Of a stretch of 64,000 bases of DNA, positions 24,768 through 37,790 are shown one piece after another. Source of the DNA: Chiloscyllium plagiosum (lineage: Eukaryota); contig NC_057751.1 of the NCBI RefSeq assembly GCF_004010195.1, positions 2,577,286-2,641,285 of the forward strand, in the 5' to 3' direction. The position numbers were made by a program, and so were the translations under genes. Every line of letters starts with the position of its first letter. Position 1 is the stretch's first letter. Under the pieces are notes generated by a model. That model made no database searches, was not told the DNA's origin, and was given only the letters and a program-made list of their open reading frames with translations.

Positions 24768-25430
24768 CACCGCAGGAAGTGCAAATCCTGCGCCCACACC
24801 ACTCCCCTCATCTCCATTCAAGGCCCCATTCCACAGCCGTCGGAAATTCACCTGCGCCTCGACCAATGTTACCTACTGCATCCGTTACACCCGGTGTGGT
24901 CTCCTCTCCATCAGGAGACAGGATGCCTTTTTGTAGATTGTTTCAGTGAACATCTCTGGCGCACCCGCACCCACCAGACTCTCTGCCCCATGGCTGAACA
25001 CTTCAACTCCCTTCCATTCTGTCACGGAAATGCAGGTCCTGGGCCTCCTCCACCGCCAAACCGTTACCACCCGACACCTGGAAGAGGAACATCTCATATC
25101 CTGTCTTGGGACCCTGCAACCACACTGGATAAATGTCGATTTCAACAGCTTCCTCATTTCTCCTCCCCCCACATTATCCCAGTCCCAAGCCTCCAACTCG
25201 GCACTGCTCTTCCGACTCGTCCATCACCCCTCTGACCTATTACCTTCTCCTTCATCCACCTATCACTTTCCCAGCTACCTCCCCCCAACCCCAACCCCCT
25301 CCCATTTATCTCTCAGCCCTGATCCACAGTCATCATTCCTGATGAAGGGCTTATGCCTGAAACATCGATTCTCCTGCTCCTCGGATGCTGCGTCACCGGC
25401 TGTGCTTTTCCAGCACCATACTCCCTTCCT
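24768..25430 (+). mobile_element. PLE (family A) 3' part: GIY-YIG endonuclease, 3' UTR and hammerhead motif
   Basis: FTCASTNVTYCIRYTRCGLLSI, EEEHLISCLGTLQPHWINVDF; cctgatgaagggcttatgcctgaaacatcgatt at 25338. Confidence 0.9.
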
Positions 25431-25771
25431 CTGGGAGCTATATGTTAGGTAGGAGAAATGGCTGGGCTGTTTACATGTTCTCGATCTAAGATATGTTTGG
25501 CATGTCTTGACATGTTTGGCATGCCAAACAAGCTCTCCAATTCATTGCTTAGCCAATAAGATCTGTGCTGACTGGGCCCAATTCATTGAATAGGGAACAG
25601 CTATATGCCACAAGACCTTCTGTTTCATCAACTGGTCAGTGAGTCAGGACCTTGTGAACATCCATGCCTTCCCCACAAGGACGCCTACAAACAAGGTATG
25701 AAGATGGTGAATGTTGATGCTAACAGCTGCAAGACTGTCATTTACCGCCATGATATCTGAAGGCTAACACA

Positions 25772-25910
25772 GCTCTGATGAAGAGTCATCCTATACTCGA
25801 AACATTAGCTTGTTTTCTTTCTCCATGGAAGCCGCCTGACTCGCTGTGATCTGCAGCATTTGTTGTTTTCAGTACCAATTCCACCATCTGCAATAATTTG
25901 CTCCTACTTG
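25772..25910 (+). mobile_element. Short PLE-derived hammerhead element (family C)
   Basis: ctgatgaagagtcatcctatactcgaaacattagct... Confidence 0.75.
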
Positions 25911-26496
25911 TTTTAGAGTGGCTTTGAAGAGATGAGCAGAAATGGAAAGTGCAGCTGGCTGGGAAGAGGGTTCAGAGACATAGAGGACAGTGAATCATAT
26001 TCACTGATTCAATCAGTGAATATACACTTCTCAATCTGCTGTCTTCATCTGCAGAAAATGCAACAGAAATTTCAGTGCAAGGGTGATGTACCTGAGCCAT
26101 ACCAATGATGCTCAACACACCATTGAGTGCCACTTGCAAACCATTATTTTCCAAGATGCAAATTTGACCACAGAGGCCACAAGAAGATAGTAGGATAAGT
26201 TATCAAAGAAATTGGTCAAAGAGGTATGTTTAATGACATGTTAAGTGAAGAGTGAGAGAGAGATGGAGAGATTTAGGGAGAAAATTCCAGAACTTAACAC
26301 CTCCCTGATAGCATGAATAAAGTTAGGGTTGCACAGAAGAACAGATTTGAGGAACCAACAAGATGAGCCAAGTAGCCTTAAGAATCCAATTATTTCTGAC
26401 TTGTTTGTTATGGCTGCAGCAGAAGGGGATGTGGAGAGATTTTAAGTCAATAAAGTCAAGTCACTTAGTTTCTCTCTTCATTCATGAGATGTGGTC

Positions 26497-26731
26497 TGTA
26501 GTGATTATAACAAGGTCAGCCAAGTGGACCTCAAAGAATCTGAGTTCCCTGACTGGGGCTGTTAATCTGATCCAAGCATTAAGTCCTACCTGACAGACAG
26601 AAACAGAAGGGACAGAGAGTCTGTTCACTCTCAGAGCCTACTCTGAAGGAGCTGATCAGTGTCAATGAGTCTCCATGTGTCAATAAAGGGTGACTTGGTG
26701 ATGGGTCACCAGTCGGTGTGGAGTTATTTCA
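26497..26731 (+). mobile_element. Short solo LTR inserted in an old SINE
   Basis: TG...CA ends, AATAAA near the 3' end; host SINE sequence on both sides; TSD imperfect. Confidence 0.55.
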
Positions 26732-26739
26732 TGAGCAGT

Positions 26740-27055
26740 ATTGGCAAGAGAGTATTTTTTGCCCATCCCTTCCTGCTCTTAAATTGAGTGGCTTGTGAGG
26801 CCCTTTCAAAGGGCAGTTAAGAGTCAGCCACATGACTGTGGCTCTTCAGCCATACGTTGGCCAGACTAGGTAAGGAAGGTAAATTTCCTTTCCTAAAGAA
26901 CATGACTGAGCCAAATGGATATTTCAGTGGTAGTCAATTTTAGTTTAACGTCATCAATAATTCTGTCGTGGTGATATAAATCTCTTGTCCCCTGAGCATT
27001 TGTCTGGGCCTCTGAACTACCAACCCGGGGATATTACCAGGACACTATCACCTCC
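26740..27055 (-). mobile_element. Old tRNA-derived SINE with CR1-type tail
   Basis: gggcagttaagagtcagccaca...ggccagactaggtaaggaagg. Confidence 0.65.
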
Positions 27056-27559
27056 CCAAATAAAAACTGACTACCAGTTGTGGTCTTGTGCATGCTCAGT
27101 CAGTGTTTCCACTGCACCACTGGCAGTGATTATTTCCATTGCCATACACACTGAGCAAAGGAAATTCAACCTTAAACTCTCCACCTACTTTTCCTTTAAT
27201 AAGTGCATTGTCTGAATTCCTTCAATCTATCTTCATAACTGAAGTTTCTCATTCTTGTAAATCACCTCTGTACTCTGACCAGAGCATTCACATCTTTTGA
27301 TAAAATGGTGTAATATACACACTACTCTTGGTCAAGTTTAGTAAGTGTCTGATGCAAGATTGTCATTACCACCTTATTCTTGTACTCCACGCCCCTATTA
27401 AACAGCCAAGGTTACTGTATGCTTTACTGACTGCTGTCTCCACTCGACCTGACACCTTCAATGATTTGAGCACATATACACTCAGATCCCTGACTTCCTG
27501 CGACCTTTTGGAATTATACTCCTATTTTCTATTGCCTATCAATGTTCTTCCGAAAAAAA

Positions 27560-27859
27560 CCCAGGAATACAGAGAAGAACCAAAAGCTGCCTGATTTTGA
27601 GATAAGAAGTTTTGTTTTGTAAATCTTAATCGGGAGTTTTATCAGACTAGTATTATAGAAGGGAAAGTAGAAGATAGGTTACAGGAAGGAGTTGTAAATA
27701 TTTGTTAGTTAATTATTCTCTGTTACACTTTAAGAAATAAAGTTGTTCCTTTTACTTTAGTTCTTGATCGATTGAAATTTCACAAATTACTGCACAGAAT
27801 AAATCCTTTTTGCGTTGTTGGGTTAAATTGAGCAGGAGGGTTTACCCCGTGTCGTAACA
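27560..27859 (+). mobile_element. Partial LTR (3' part), same family as 16146-16830
   Basis: Reverse-complement similarity to 16146-16380; ends gtcgtaaca. Confidence 0.8.
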
Positions 27860-28539
27860 GTTGCTGTTGTATCTGTTCTGCAGCTCCTTTGGCAACACAT
27901 CTATCTGTCAGTTCCATTAACTTGATTGTGTTGTTTTTGAGTTCATACATCTTCCTCACTGTTTACAGTTCTTCCAAGTTTATCCACTTATGTGGCTTAG
28001 CGTCAAACTTTGATTTACACTCCTATGAAGTGCCTTACCGTGTTAAAATTCCAATGGAAATTATTGACAGTGAGAAAACAATTCCATTCATTAACAGTCA
28101 ACTCATTGAACACAAGAATGAAAGCAGCAGGCAGAAGGTGAAAGCTTCTTAAGAGTCACTGTTCAATTCATTCTACATGACATTTGTGGTGCACACGTCA
28201 ATCCATTTGTATGAAATGTCTTTGTTTGCTGTTTCGATCAAGGTTAACTTGTTGAAATCAGTTGGCAAATACATTTCTGTATTCTGCTGACATTTGTTTA
28301 GCCAGTTTTCAACATCACACTATTACATTTTTACAGGTGACACAGGTCAGTGCAAATGTTGTATCAAGAGTTTGAGGTCTGATTGAGGCCAATTTTATGG
28401 CAACTCTTTTTTGAATCTTTCGCACTGCTTCTGGATTGTTCCATTAGTGCAGCAGCTGTGAAGTAGATGGGCAATAATTTTAATGTTGGTTGCTTGGATC
28501 ATGCCTACTTTTTCAACTGCATCATGTTATGGATTCAGC

Positions 28540-28760
28540 ATCTAAACAGACCAAGATATTCAATTGTAGAAATTTATAACATGAGGGAAGATGCTTTGGC
28601 TCATCATTGCAATGGTAACTCTATAAAGACTACTTCATTTGTTCCATTCCACGTGCTTTCGCGAAAACACAACGAAAGGAAAACGTAAAATTAGCCATTT
28701 TCCTTATTACAGCTATCACAATTTGAATTCCATCACTGCAGATGGTACAGTCTCAACAAA
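28540..28760 (+). repeat. Unclassified 220-bp element, copy 1 (inverted paralog at 29970-30190)
   Basis: Roughly 70 percent identity by eye; both copies are bounded by tct(c/a)aaca direct repeats. Confidence 0.8.
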
Positions 28761-29239
28761 TCCACAGTATATAATTTCATTAGACTACTGACCTTCCACT
28801 GATAATCTTAAACCCTCCAGTTACTGATACACCATGCAGTAAAAATGATTTTTTTTTTGGTATTTTCCTGATTAAAACTCCATTTCTGGATATCTTCTCT
28901 GAAAAGTTCTTTCTTCAAATAAGAAGAATCTTGATGAAGATCTTGTTATAATGCAGACAGGACCAGAGACACGTCTGCAGTAATTAAGCTCTGCCAATCG
29001 ATAACCAAGTCGGTGACAAGCCTATTTTTGACTATTACACAATAGCTCAAATGAACAAGAAACCTACAAGTCAATAAAACAAAGCAGAGAGGGAGGTTTG
29101 TGCTGTTTGAGTACATGGTTTGAAGGAGGTTCTTTTTCCCAGTCTCAAGAGTTGATTTGATTTATTATTCACACACGTACCGAGGCACAGTGAAAAGTTT
29201 TGTTTCTCGTGCAGTCCAAGCATACCATACCATACAAAG

Positions 29240-29459
29240 GCAAGAGTGAGGACTGCAGATGCTGGAAACCAGAGTTTAGATTAGAGTGGTGCTGGAAAAG
29301 CACAGCAGGTCAGGCAGCATCCGAGGAGCAGGAAAATCGATGTTTCGGGCAAAAGCCCTTTCATCAGGATGAAGGGCTTTTGCCCGCAACATCGATTTTC
29401 CTGATCCTCAGATGCTGCCTGACCTGCTCTGCTTTTCCAGCACCACTCTGATCTAAACC
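29240..29459. mobile_element. Back-to-back PLE hammerhead hairpin (family A)
   Basis: Arms at about 29272-29365 and 29368-29458; TSD cat(a/g)ccatacaaag at 29226-29239 and 29460-29473. Confidence 0.9.
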
Positions 29460-29577
29460 CATGCCATACAAAGTCTATTAAGTTAATAGAGTAGAGAGAA
29501 CAGTGTAATGGCTACAGAGAAGGTACACAAAGAGCGAGATCAACATTAAATTTAAAATTTGATATGTCTATATGTCA

Positions 29578-29900
29578 TGGACAGCATGGTGGCTCAGTGG
29601 TTAGCATTGCTGCCTCACAGCGACAGAGACCCAGGTTTGATTCCAGCCTCAGATGACTGTCTGTGTGGAGTTTGCACATTCCCCCCCGCGTCTGTGTGGG
29701 TTTCTTCCAGGTGCTCTGGTTTCCTTCTACAATCCACAGATGTGCAGATCAGGTGAATTGGTGATGCCAAATTGCCCATTATGTTAGATGCATTAGTCAG
29801 AAGGAAATGGGTTTGGGTGGGTTACTCTTAGGAGGGTCAGTGTGGACTTCTTGGGCTGAAGGGTCTTTTTTCACACTGTAGGGAGTCCAGTCTAATCTAA
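29578..29900 (+). mobile_element. HE1-like SINE (older subfamily)
   Basis: ggacagcatggtggctcagtggttagc...tctaatctaa. Confidence 0.9.
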
Positions 29901-29969
29901 ACTATTCAGAAGTCTAATAAGAGTTGGGAAGAAGCTGTTCTTGCATCTATTGGTACGTGTGTTTCAGCT

Positions 29970-30190
29970 TTTGTTGAGACTGCACCATTAGCGGTGGTGC
30001 GATTCAAATTATGATCACCATAAAAAAGGCCATGACGAATTCTGCATTTTCTTTCCACTGTACTTTTCGTAAAAGCATATTGAATAGAAAGTATGAAATA
30101 ATTTTCAGAGAGTTGCCAATGCTATGAGCCAAAGGGTCTTCATTCATGCTGTAAATTTCTATAACTGAATGTCTTGGTCTGTTGAGATGT
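29970..30190 (-). repeat. Unclassified 220-bp element, copy 2
   Basis: Reverse complement aligns to 28540-28760; interrupts the Rex1-like fragment. Confidence 0.8.
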
Positions 30191-31048
30191 TTAAGATACA
30201 GGAGGTTGAAAGAGATTATAAGAGAGGTGAGAGGCTCTTTGATTATGTTGGCTGGCTTCCTGAGGTAGTGCAAAGTACAGATAAGGTCAATGGATGGAAG
30301 GTTGGCTTGCGTGATGGACTGGGTTGTGTTCACAACGCTCTGTAGTTTCTTACGGTCCTGGGCAGAGCAGTTGCAATACCAAGCTGTGACAGATCATCAA
30401 GTTGAGCATAAAGTTTAGGCTTTCCTTTGTAATGGGTGATATGCTAATGTTGACGATAGAATCTTGGAATGTTAAACGGAGGACTTATCAATCCCTTAAT
30501 TAAGTGTAAAAGATCCCAATGCATGAAAAGAAGAATCCTCCGAAGTGTTATCCCACAGAGAACATAATGTTTTGGCCTATTGCGATTCACCTTCAAGAGG
30601 AGAGGTTTGAAAGGAGATTTTAAAGAGGCTTTCAAAACCATGAAGTTTCTGGATCTATAACATCAGAAGAAATAATTTCATTTGATGGAATTTTTGAGAA
30701 CCTGAAGTTTTCACTGAATGTGAAGGATAAAAGAACTAAAGGTAAGGAAAACAATTTTAAATAACAAGTTGCTACAATCTGGGTTGCAATCCTTGAGAGA
30801 GTATTGGAAGAAGTTACATTTGGACTCTTGAAAGGAGAAGTGAATAAGTACTTGAGGGAAAAAAATGTAGGATTGCATAAAATGGACCAGGGACTGAGAT
30901 AAGCTGAATTGCTCTTGCAGGGAGATAGTGCACCGTTTGTTGCTTTAACCATTTGTGGTTATTACATTGTTATTTGTAAGCGATTGTTGAGCATAATTTA
31001 GTTGTTGTGATTCCAGTGGTATGCATTGGCTATTCTTCAAAAGTACTT

Positions 31049-32780
31049 AACATAGAATGTTACCACGCAGTATGGGCCCTTCGGCCCTCGATGTTGCACT
31101 GACCTGCGAAATTAATCTGATGCCCATCTAACTGACACCATTCCATTATTATCTATATGTATGTCCAATGCCAATTTAAATGCCCTTAACATCGTCGAGT
31201 CTACGACTGTTGCAGGCAGGCCATTCCACGCCCCTACTACTCTTTGAGTAAAGAAACTACCCTTTGTATCTGTCCTAAATCTATCACCCCTCAATTTAAA
31301 ACTATGTCCCCTTGAGTTAGCCATCACCATCTGAGGAAAAAGACTCTCACTATCCACCCTAACCCTCTGATTCTCTTATACATCTCGATTAAGTCAACTC
31401 CGAAACTTCTTCTCTCCAACGAAAACAGCCTCAGTTCCGTCAGCCTTTATTTGCGAGACCTTCCTTTCATACCAGACAACATCCTAGTAAATCTCCTCTG
31501 AACCCTTTCCAAAGCGTCCATATCTTTCCTGTAATGTGGTGACCAGAACTGCACACAATACTCCTGATGCAGCCTAACCAGTGTCTTGTACAGCTGAAAC
31601 ATGATCTTGTGGCTCCAAAACTCAATCCCCATACCAATAAAACCTAGCGCACCATATCAAGCTGGGTGGCAACTTGCAGGGATTTATGCACCTGGACACT
31701 GAGATCTCTCTGTTCATCTACACTGCCAAGAATTTTACCATTAGCCAAGTATTCTGCGTTCCTGTTACTTCTTCCAAAGTGAACTACCTCATACTTTACC
31801 ACATTAAACTTCCACCTCTCAGCCCTTTGCATCTTATCTATGTCCCACTGTAACCCACAACATGCTTCGACATGATCCACAACTCTGTCTATCTTAGTAT
31901 CATCTGCAAATTTACTAACCCATCCTGCTATACCCACCTCGAGATCATTCATAAAAATGACAAACAGCAGTGGCCCCAAAATAGATCCTTGCAGCACACC
32001 ACTGGTAACTGAGCTCCACGATGAACATTTCCCATCAACCACCACTCTTTGTCTTCTTTCAGCTAGCCAACTTCTGATCCAAACCACTAAATCACCTTCA
32101 GTCCCGAAACACCTTAATTTGTGCAATAGCCTACTGTGTAGAACCTTAGCAAACGCCTTACTGAAGTCCATATCCACACATTAACCACCTTACCTTCATC
32201 CACCTGTTTGGTCACCTTCTCGAAGAACTCAGCAAGGTTAGTCAGGCACGACCTACCCTTTGCAAAACCGTGTTGACGATCTCTAATCAAATGATTCCTT
32301 TCCAGATGATTATAAATCCTATCTCTTCCAACCCTTTCCAACACCTTACCCACATCTGAAGTAAGGCTCACTGGCCTGTAATTACCAGGGTTGGCCTGCC
32401 ACGCCTCCCCCACCACCACCTGCTTAAACAAGGGAACAACATTTGCTATCCTCCAGTCTTCTGGCACTACTTCTGTTGACAATGATGACATAAAAATCAA
32501 AACCAAAGGCTCTGCAATCTCCTCTCTGGCTTCCCAGAGAATCCAAGGATAAATCCCATCCATTAAATTTATTTTTAGATCTTCCAAAATTGTTAAAACC
32601 TCCTCTTTGTCAACCTCAATCCCATCTATCTTGTAGCCTGTATCTCCATATTCTCACAAACATTGCCCTTTCCAATGTGAATACTGACGAAAAGTATTCA
32701 TTAAGCGCTTCCCCTATGTCCTCAGATTCCATACGCAACTTTGCATGACTATCATTGGCCCTAATCTTACTCTATTCTAT
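31049..32780 (-). mobile_element. CR1 LINE RT and 3' end, frameshifted
   Basis: [45 protein letters not shown]. Confidence 0.95.
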
Positions 32781-34784
32781 TTAATTGGCTTTAAAGTGTT
32801 TTGCAAAAATCATGAGAAGCTATAATACTGATGATGACAAAGTCTTTCAGAACTGACTCAATTTGAAACATTAACTCCTTTTCTCTCTGCAGATGCTGTC
32901 AAACATGCTGAATCTCTACAATAATTTCTGTGTTTGTTTTATATTTCCAGCATTTGTAGTTCTCCGCTTTTGTGACATAACCCTTTAAATTAGGTTTACG
33001 TAAGTGCATGCCAAGTGTGTTTTGAATGTTCTCACAGAATCTGATTCCACGTCCCTTTTTAGTCCTGTATTCCACATCTTAACAAGCCTGCCTCTGATAT
33101 TTCTCCTAATTTTCCCTCTTCTTTGCAAATTATTTTCAATCAATGACCTCAGCCCATAAGCCTCAGGTGAGAGATTCTGCCACTTGCTCCAATTTGAAAT
33201 GCTAAGACAGTTCTCTCTTACCTTGTATGTTTTGAGGTTAAAAGGTGGACTCTCCTGCTCTTGGAACACAGGCCATGAATTGCTTACTCTGCATGAGTCA
33301 ATGAAATATCGGAAAAATTTGTCAAAAGATGCAGGCTTCATTGTATCTTCCTGACAGTCTAATCTGACATGCTCAGAAATCAAGTTTGAGGCTGCTGACA
33401 GAGAAGTGATTGGAAGGATCTGAAGCTGTGACAGGTCAACAGATGATCAGTCAGTGAACAGTGCTCAAATGCTGATTACTCAGCTAGGTTTCTGCATGGA
33501 ATCCCAAACTACATCACCATGCATCTCCGCTAATTTTAATGATCTCTGAATTGTACACTTGTGTTTGTTTTCGCATATTTCGCACTGTTTTTGCCTCTGA
33601 GGCAGTCAGTTAGTGTTTCAGTGCAGACTTGAATGAATGCACCATTATTGAAGCTGTTTTCAGTCAGACATGGTGTTCAACAGAGACTTCTAGATGCCTG
33701 TTGAGGTGAATCTGGAAGACCTCGTGGCATTATTGTGATGGAACCTTGGGTTTTAAAGCTTGTGCTTTTTGAAAAGAAAAGCTGCAAAAGGAAAATGCAA
33801 AAAGCTAATCCTCCAGGATTGAAGGAGCAAAGACTGAAACTGAGATCAGAAACCAAACATTCCAGTTGAATATATCTTAAAAGGGAGAGAGCCATTAGCT
33901 CTCTGTACATGATGTTGATGTAAATCACATGTAAAGTACATGCAGACTGAAGAAGACAGAGGACAGACCTATTGCTTACCTCCTTTTCAATCTTATCCAT
34001 TAAAATGTAACCTGGGAATTTTTTAGATGAGATTATTAATAGAATTACTGTTATCTTTTCTAATATCGGAATAAATTCAAAAAGTATGGGCAAGTAGCAA
34101 CCAGATAGCTTAGTGTTGGTGGTAGGAGCAATATTAGCTACCCATCAATCTGAGAATCATCGAATTTTACAGTAAAAAAGGAGATCATTCAGCCCATCGT
34201 GTCTGTACTCGCTCCTGAATCACAGAGTCTGAATTGGGTACACCTGAAGAGAAAACAAACTTTGAGATGTGAAGGAGGGAGAATTTCATGGAAGAAAGGA
34301 AAGGATCAATGAAAAATGAAGGAATTTACTGGAAAATCTGAAGACTGGCACAGGCTGAGATGTGGAAAGAGAACGAGTGAACGATCTGTCTTTCGACAAA
34401 GCAATAGGATGATGGTGTTGGCTGATTGTTCTTTTTGAGGTTTAGGTGTCGATAGAGTACTTTATTATTTTCTCATGTTGCAAAAACGATTTAGTTTTAT
34501 ATTTCAGCTTTGCATTCTCACTTGTCTTTTCTGACCTCTTCATATTCGTTTTTGTCATCTGTCTTTGATTAAAGATTACTCTACTGTACTTTCATCTTTA
34601 CTTTTGTCTCTTTATTGAATTACAGGGACTTCATCATTGTTGTTTGTTGGTTTGTTTTTGTTTTAGAGAAGGGTTCTGATTGATCACCATTTTCAATATT
34701 CTTCACTGCTCTTTGTCAAGAGATTATTCAGTTTATCTTCCTGAGGTCCATTCTCATCCATCATAATCAGCTTTTAACATCAAT

Positions 34785-35340
34785 TAGAGTCACAAGGTCA
34801 TAAAGATGATCAGCACGGAAACAGACCTCTCTGTCCAACTCGTGCATACCAACCAGATATCTGAACCTAGTCTAGTCCCATTTGCCAGCACCCAGCCCAT
34901 ATCTCTCCAAACCCTTCCTATTCATATACCTATTCAGATGCCATTTAAAATTATACCAGCTTCTACCAGTTTCTCTGGCAGCTCATTCCAAAGACACACC
35001 ACCCTTTGCGTGAAAAAGTTGCCCCTTAGGTCTCTTCTATATCTTTCCTCTCTCACCCTAAACCTATACCCTCTAGTTCTGGACTCCCTACCCCAGGGAA
35101 AAGACTTTGTCTACTTATCCTATCCACGCCCCTCATTATCTTGTAAATCTCCATAAGGTCACCCCTCAGCTTCCGACATTCCAGGGAAAACAGCCCCAGC
35201 CTGTTCCGCCTCTCCCTTTCGCTCAGATCCTCCAACCCTGGCAACATCCTTGTAAATTTTTTCTGAACCCTTTTAAGTTTCACAACATCCTTCTGATAGG
35301 AGGGAGACCAGAACTGCACACAATATTCCAAAAGTGGCCG
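34785..35340 (-). mobile_element. CR1 3' end
   Basis: EYCVQFWSPSYQKDVVKLKRVQ. Confidence 0.9.
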
Positions 35341-35599
35341 ATACTCATCGGTCTTATGTATTTCACAACCATGATGTTATGCTCAAATTGCCTCGATGTT
35401 CCCATTTACTTGCCTCTCTTTTTGACGATTATTCATTCCTCACTGCAAGATCCCCATGGGTTGAGAAAGGAACTCTGAATAGACTGTCATAAATGATCCA
35501 TTTCTTATTGATTCATGAAATATGGGCAGCATTAGCAATTAGCATTAGCACTTATTGCCCTTAACAAAGTGATGGTGAGCCTACAAATGCAAGGTTTAT

Positions 35600-36110
35600 G
35601 AGGCCATTTCAGGTCAGTGGCAGATGGAATTTCACTCTGATAATTTTGATGTGATGTACCTTGGAAGAAGTAACAAGAAAAGGACATCCTAGGACACGAG
35701 GAAGCTCTAATGAATAGAGAGATCTTAGGGAATGTGTGGACAAGCACTCCAAAGGTGGCAGGACAGGTTAAGAGGCTGGTGAAGAAAGCATGCAGGACAC
35801 TTGCCTTTGGCAGTTGTGGCATTAATCATAAGTGCAGGGCAGTCCAGTTGGAGCTGTACAGGACTTTGGTTAGGCCACAGCTAGACACTAATTGCAGTTT
35901 GGGTCACTGTACTGTTGGAAGGACATGATTTGCACTGGAGGGCATGCAGAAGAGATTCACCAGGATGTTGCCTGGGATGGAGCAGTTCAGCTGTGAAGAG
36001 AGTCTCGATAAGCTTGGGTTGTTTTCTTTAGAGCAAGAAGGCTGAGAAGGGACCTGATAAACGTGTAGATGATTATGAGGGCTGTGCACAGGGTGAGTAG
36101 AAAGCATCTC
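35600..36110 (+). mobile_element. CR1 RT C-terminal fragment
   Basis: LELYRTLVRPQL. Confidence 0.8.
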
Positions 36111-36117
36111 ACCAAGT

Positions 36118-37790
36118 CCTACAGCACGGAAACAGACCCTTCGGTCCAACTAGCCCACCCCACGTTCCCCAACCAACCTAGTCCCACCTGCCTGTGTTAG
36201 GCTCCAATCCTTACAAACCTTTCTGTTTCAAATTTATCCAAATTATCCTAATTTCTTTTAAATGCTGTAATTGGATCTGCATCCACCACTTCCTATGGCA
36301 TTTCATATCATATACAAAACCACTCTCTCTGTCAAAAGGTTAACCCTTGTCCTTTTTAAATCTTTCTCCTCTCACTTTAAAAATATGCCCCCTAGTTTTA
36401 AACTCCCCATCCTTGGGAAAAGATCCTTGCTATTCACCTTAGCTAGGCCCCTCATGATTTTATAAACCTCTATAAGGCCACTCCTCAATCTCCTCCACTC
36501 CAATGAAAGAAGTCCTGGTCTATCTTTATAACTCAAATGTTCCATTCGAGTAACATCCTGATGAACCTTTTCTGAACCCTCTCCAATTTAATTATATCTT
36601 TCCTATAACATGGTGACCAGAACTCTCTACACAGTATTCCAGAAGAGGTCTCACTAATGTCCCGTACAATCTCAACATGACGTCCCAACTCTTATACTCA
36701 AAGGTCTGAGCAATGAAAACAAATGTGCTAAACATCTCCTTCACCACCCTGTCTACATGTGATGTAAATTGCACAGAAATATGTACCTGAACCCCTAAAT
36801 CTCTCTGTTCTACAACACATCCAGGGCCCAACCATAACTGTGAAAGTCCTGCCCTTGTTTGTTTTACCAAAATGCAATACCTCACATTTATCCAAATTAA
36901 ATTCCATCAGCCACTCCTCAGGCCACTGGCCCAATTGAACAAGATCTCTTTGTAATCGTAGATAATCTTCTTCACTATCAACTGCACCACCAATTTTGGT
37001 GTTATCTGCAAATTTACAAACCATGCCTCTTGAATTTTCATTCATATCGTTTTATATAAATGACAAACTAAAGAGGACAAGGTGCCGATCCCTGTGGAGC
37101 ACAGGCCTTCAGTCCGAAAAACAACCCTCCACCACAACCTTCAGTTTCCCATCATAAAGCCAATTTTGTATCCAATTGGCAAGCTCTCCCCGAAACCCAT
37201 GTGATCTAAATTTAATAACTAGTGTACCATGAGGAACCTTGTTAAAAGCTTTACTAAAATCCATGTAAACAAGGTCTACCCCCTTCCCTCATCAATCTTT
37301 TTGGTTACTTCCTCAAAAAACTCAATAAAGCTTGTGAGACATGATTTCCCTCGCACAATGCCATACTGACTATCCCGAATCAGTTCTTGCCTTTCCAGTT
37401 GCATGTAAATCCTATCTTTCAGTATTACCTCCAGCAACATACCCAACACCGATGTCAGACTCACAGGTCGATAGTTCCCAGGTTTCTCCTCACAGCTTTT
37501 CTTAAATAAAGTCACACCATTCGCTACCCTCCAGTCCTCCACCACTTTCCTTGGTTACGGATGATAAAAATATCTCTGGTATGGGCCCCACGATTTCCTC
37601 CCTACTTTCCCACAATATCCTGGTATCCACTTCATCAGGTGCTACAGATTTATACACCTCTATGTTTTCTAAGATCTTCAACACTTCGTCTTGTGTTATG
37701 TGAATTGTTTTCAAAACATCAATTTCAAAACAAGTTCTCTTGCCTCCATTTCTTTCTCCACAGTAAGAACTGACACGAAATATTGTCTCT
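36118..37790 (-). mobile_element. CR1 LINE RT and 3' end, degraded
   Basis: EDWRVANGVTLFKK, NYRPVSLTS, CKFADNTK. Confidence 0.93.

Larger units (their letters stand above)
20990..25770 (+). mobile_element. Ancient RTE-clade LINE remnant (pieces at about 20990-21527, 22886-23250, 24390-24765 and 25430-25770)
   Basis: ELIKQGKPALLQHLH..CW...AVP*EMCD, DCSDCNNCQCISL (approximating DRSDCNNYRGISL), QEKCFEQ; many stops. Confidence 0.75.
29150..30390 (-). mobile_element. Rex1/Babar-like LINE 3' fragment carrying three insertions
   Basis: gatttgatttattatt tail; gggaagaagctgttcttg...; gggcagagcagttgcaataccaagctgtg. Confidence 0.55.

Noticed and set aside
28467-28760. Shared TGA in the 28.5/30.0 kb paralogs as selenocysteine, or a small conserved protein (HLNRPR...)
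   Set aside because: Substitutions are not third-position biased, copy 1 has a frameshift, and no SECIS was seen.
32985-34093. 132-aa and 138-aa ORFs as host genes
   Set aside because: No recognisable domain; the end of the first (RLVKMWN...TFKTHL) is an old CR1/L2 3' remnant.
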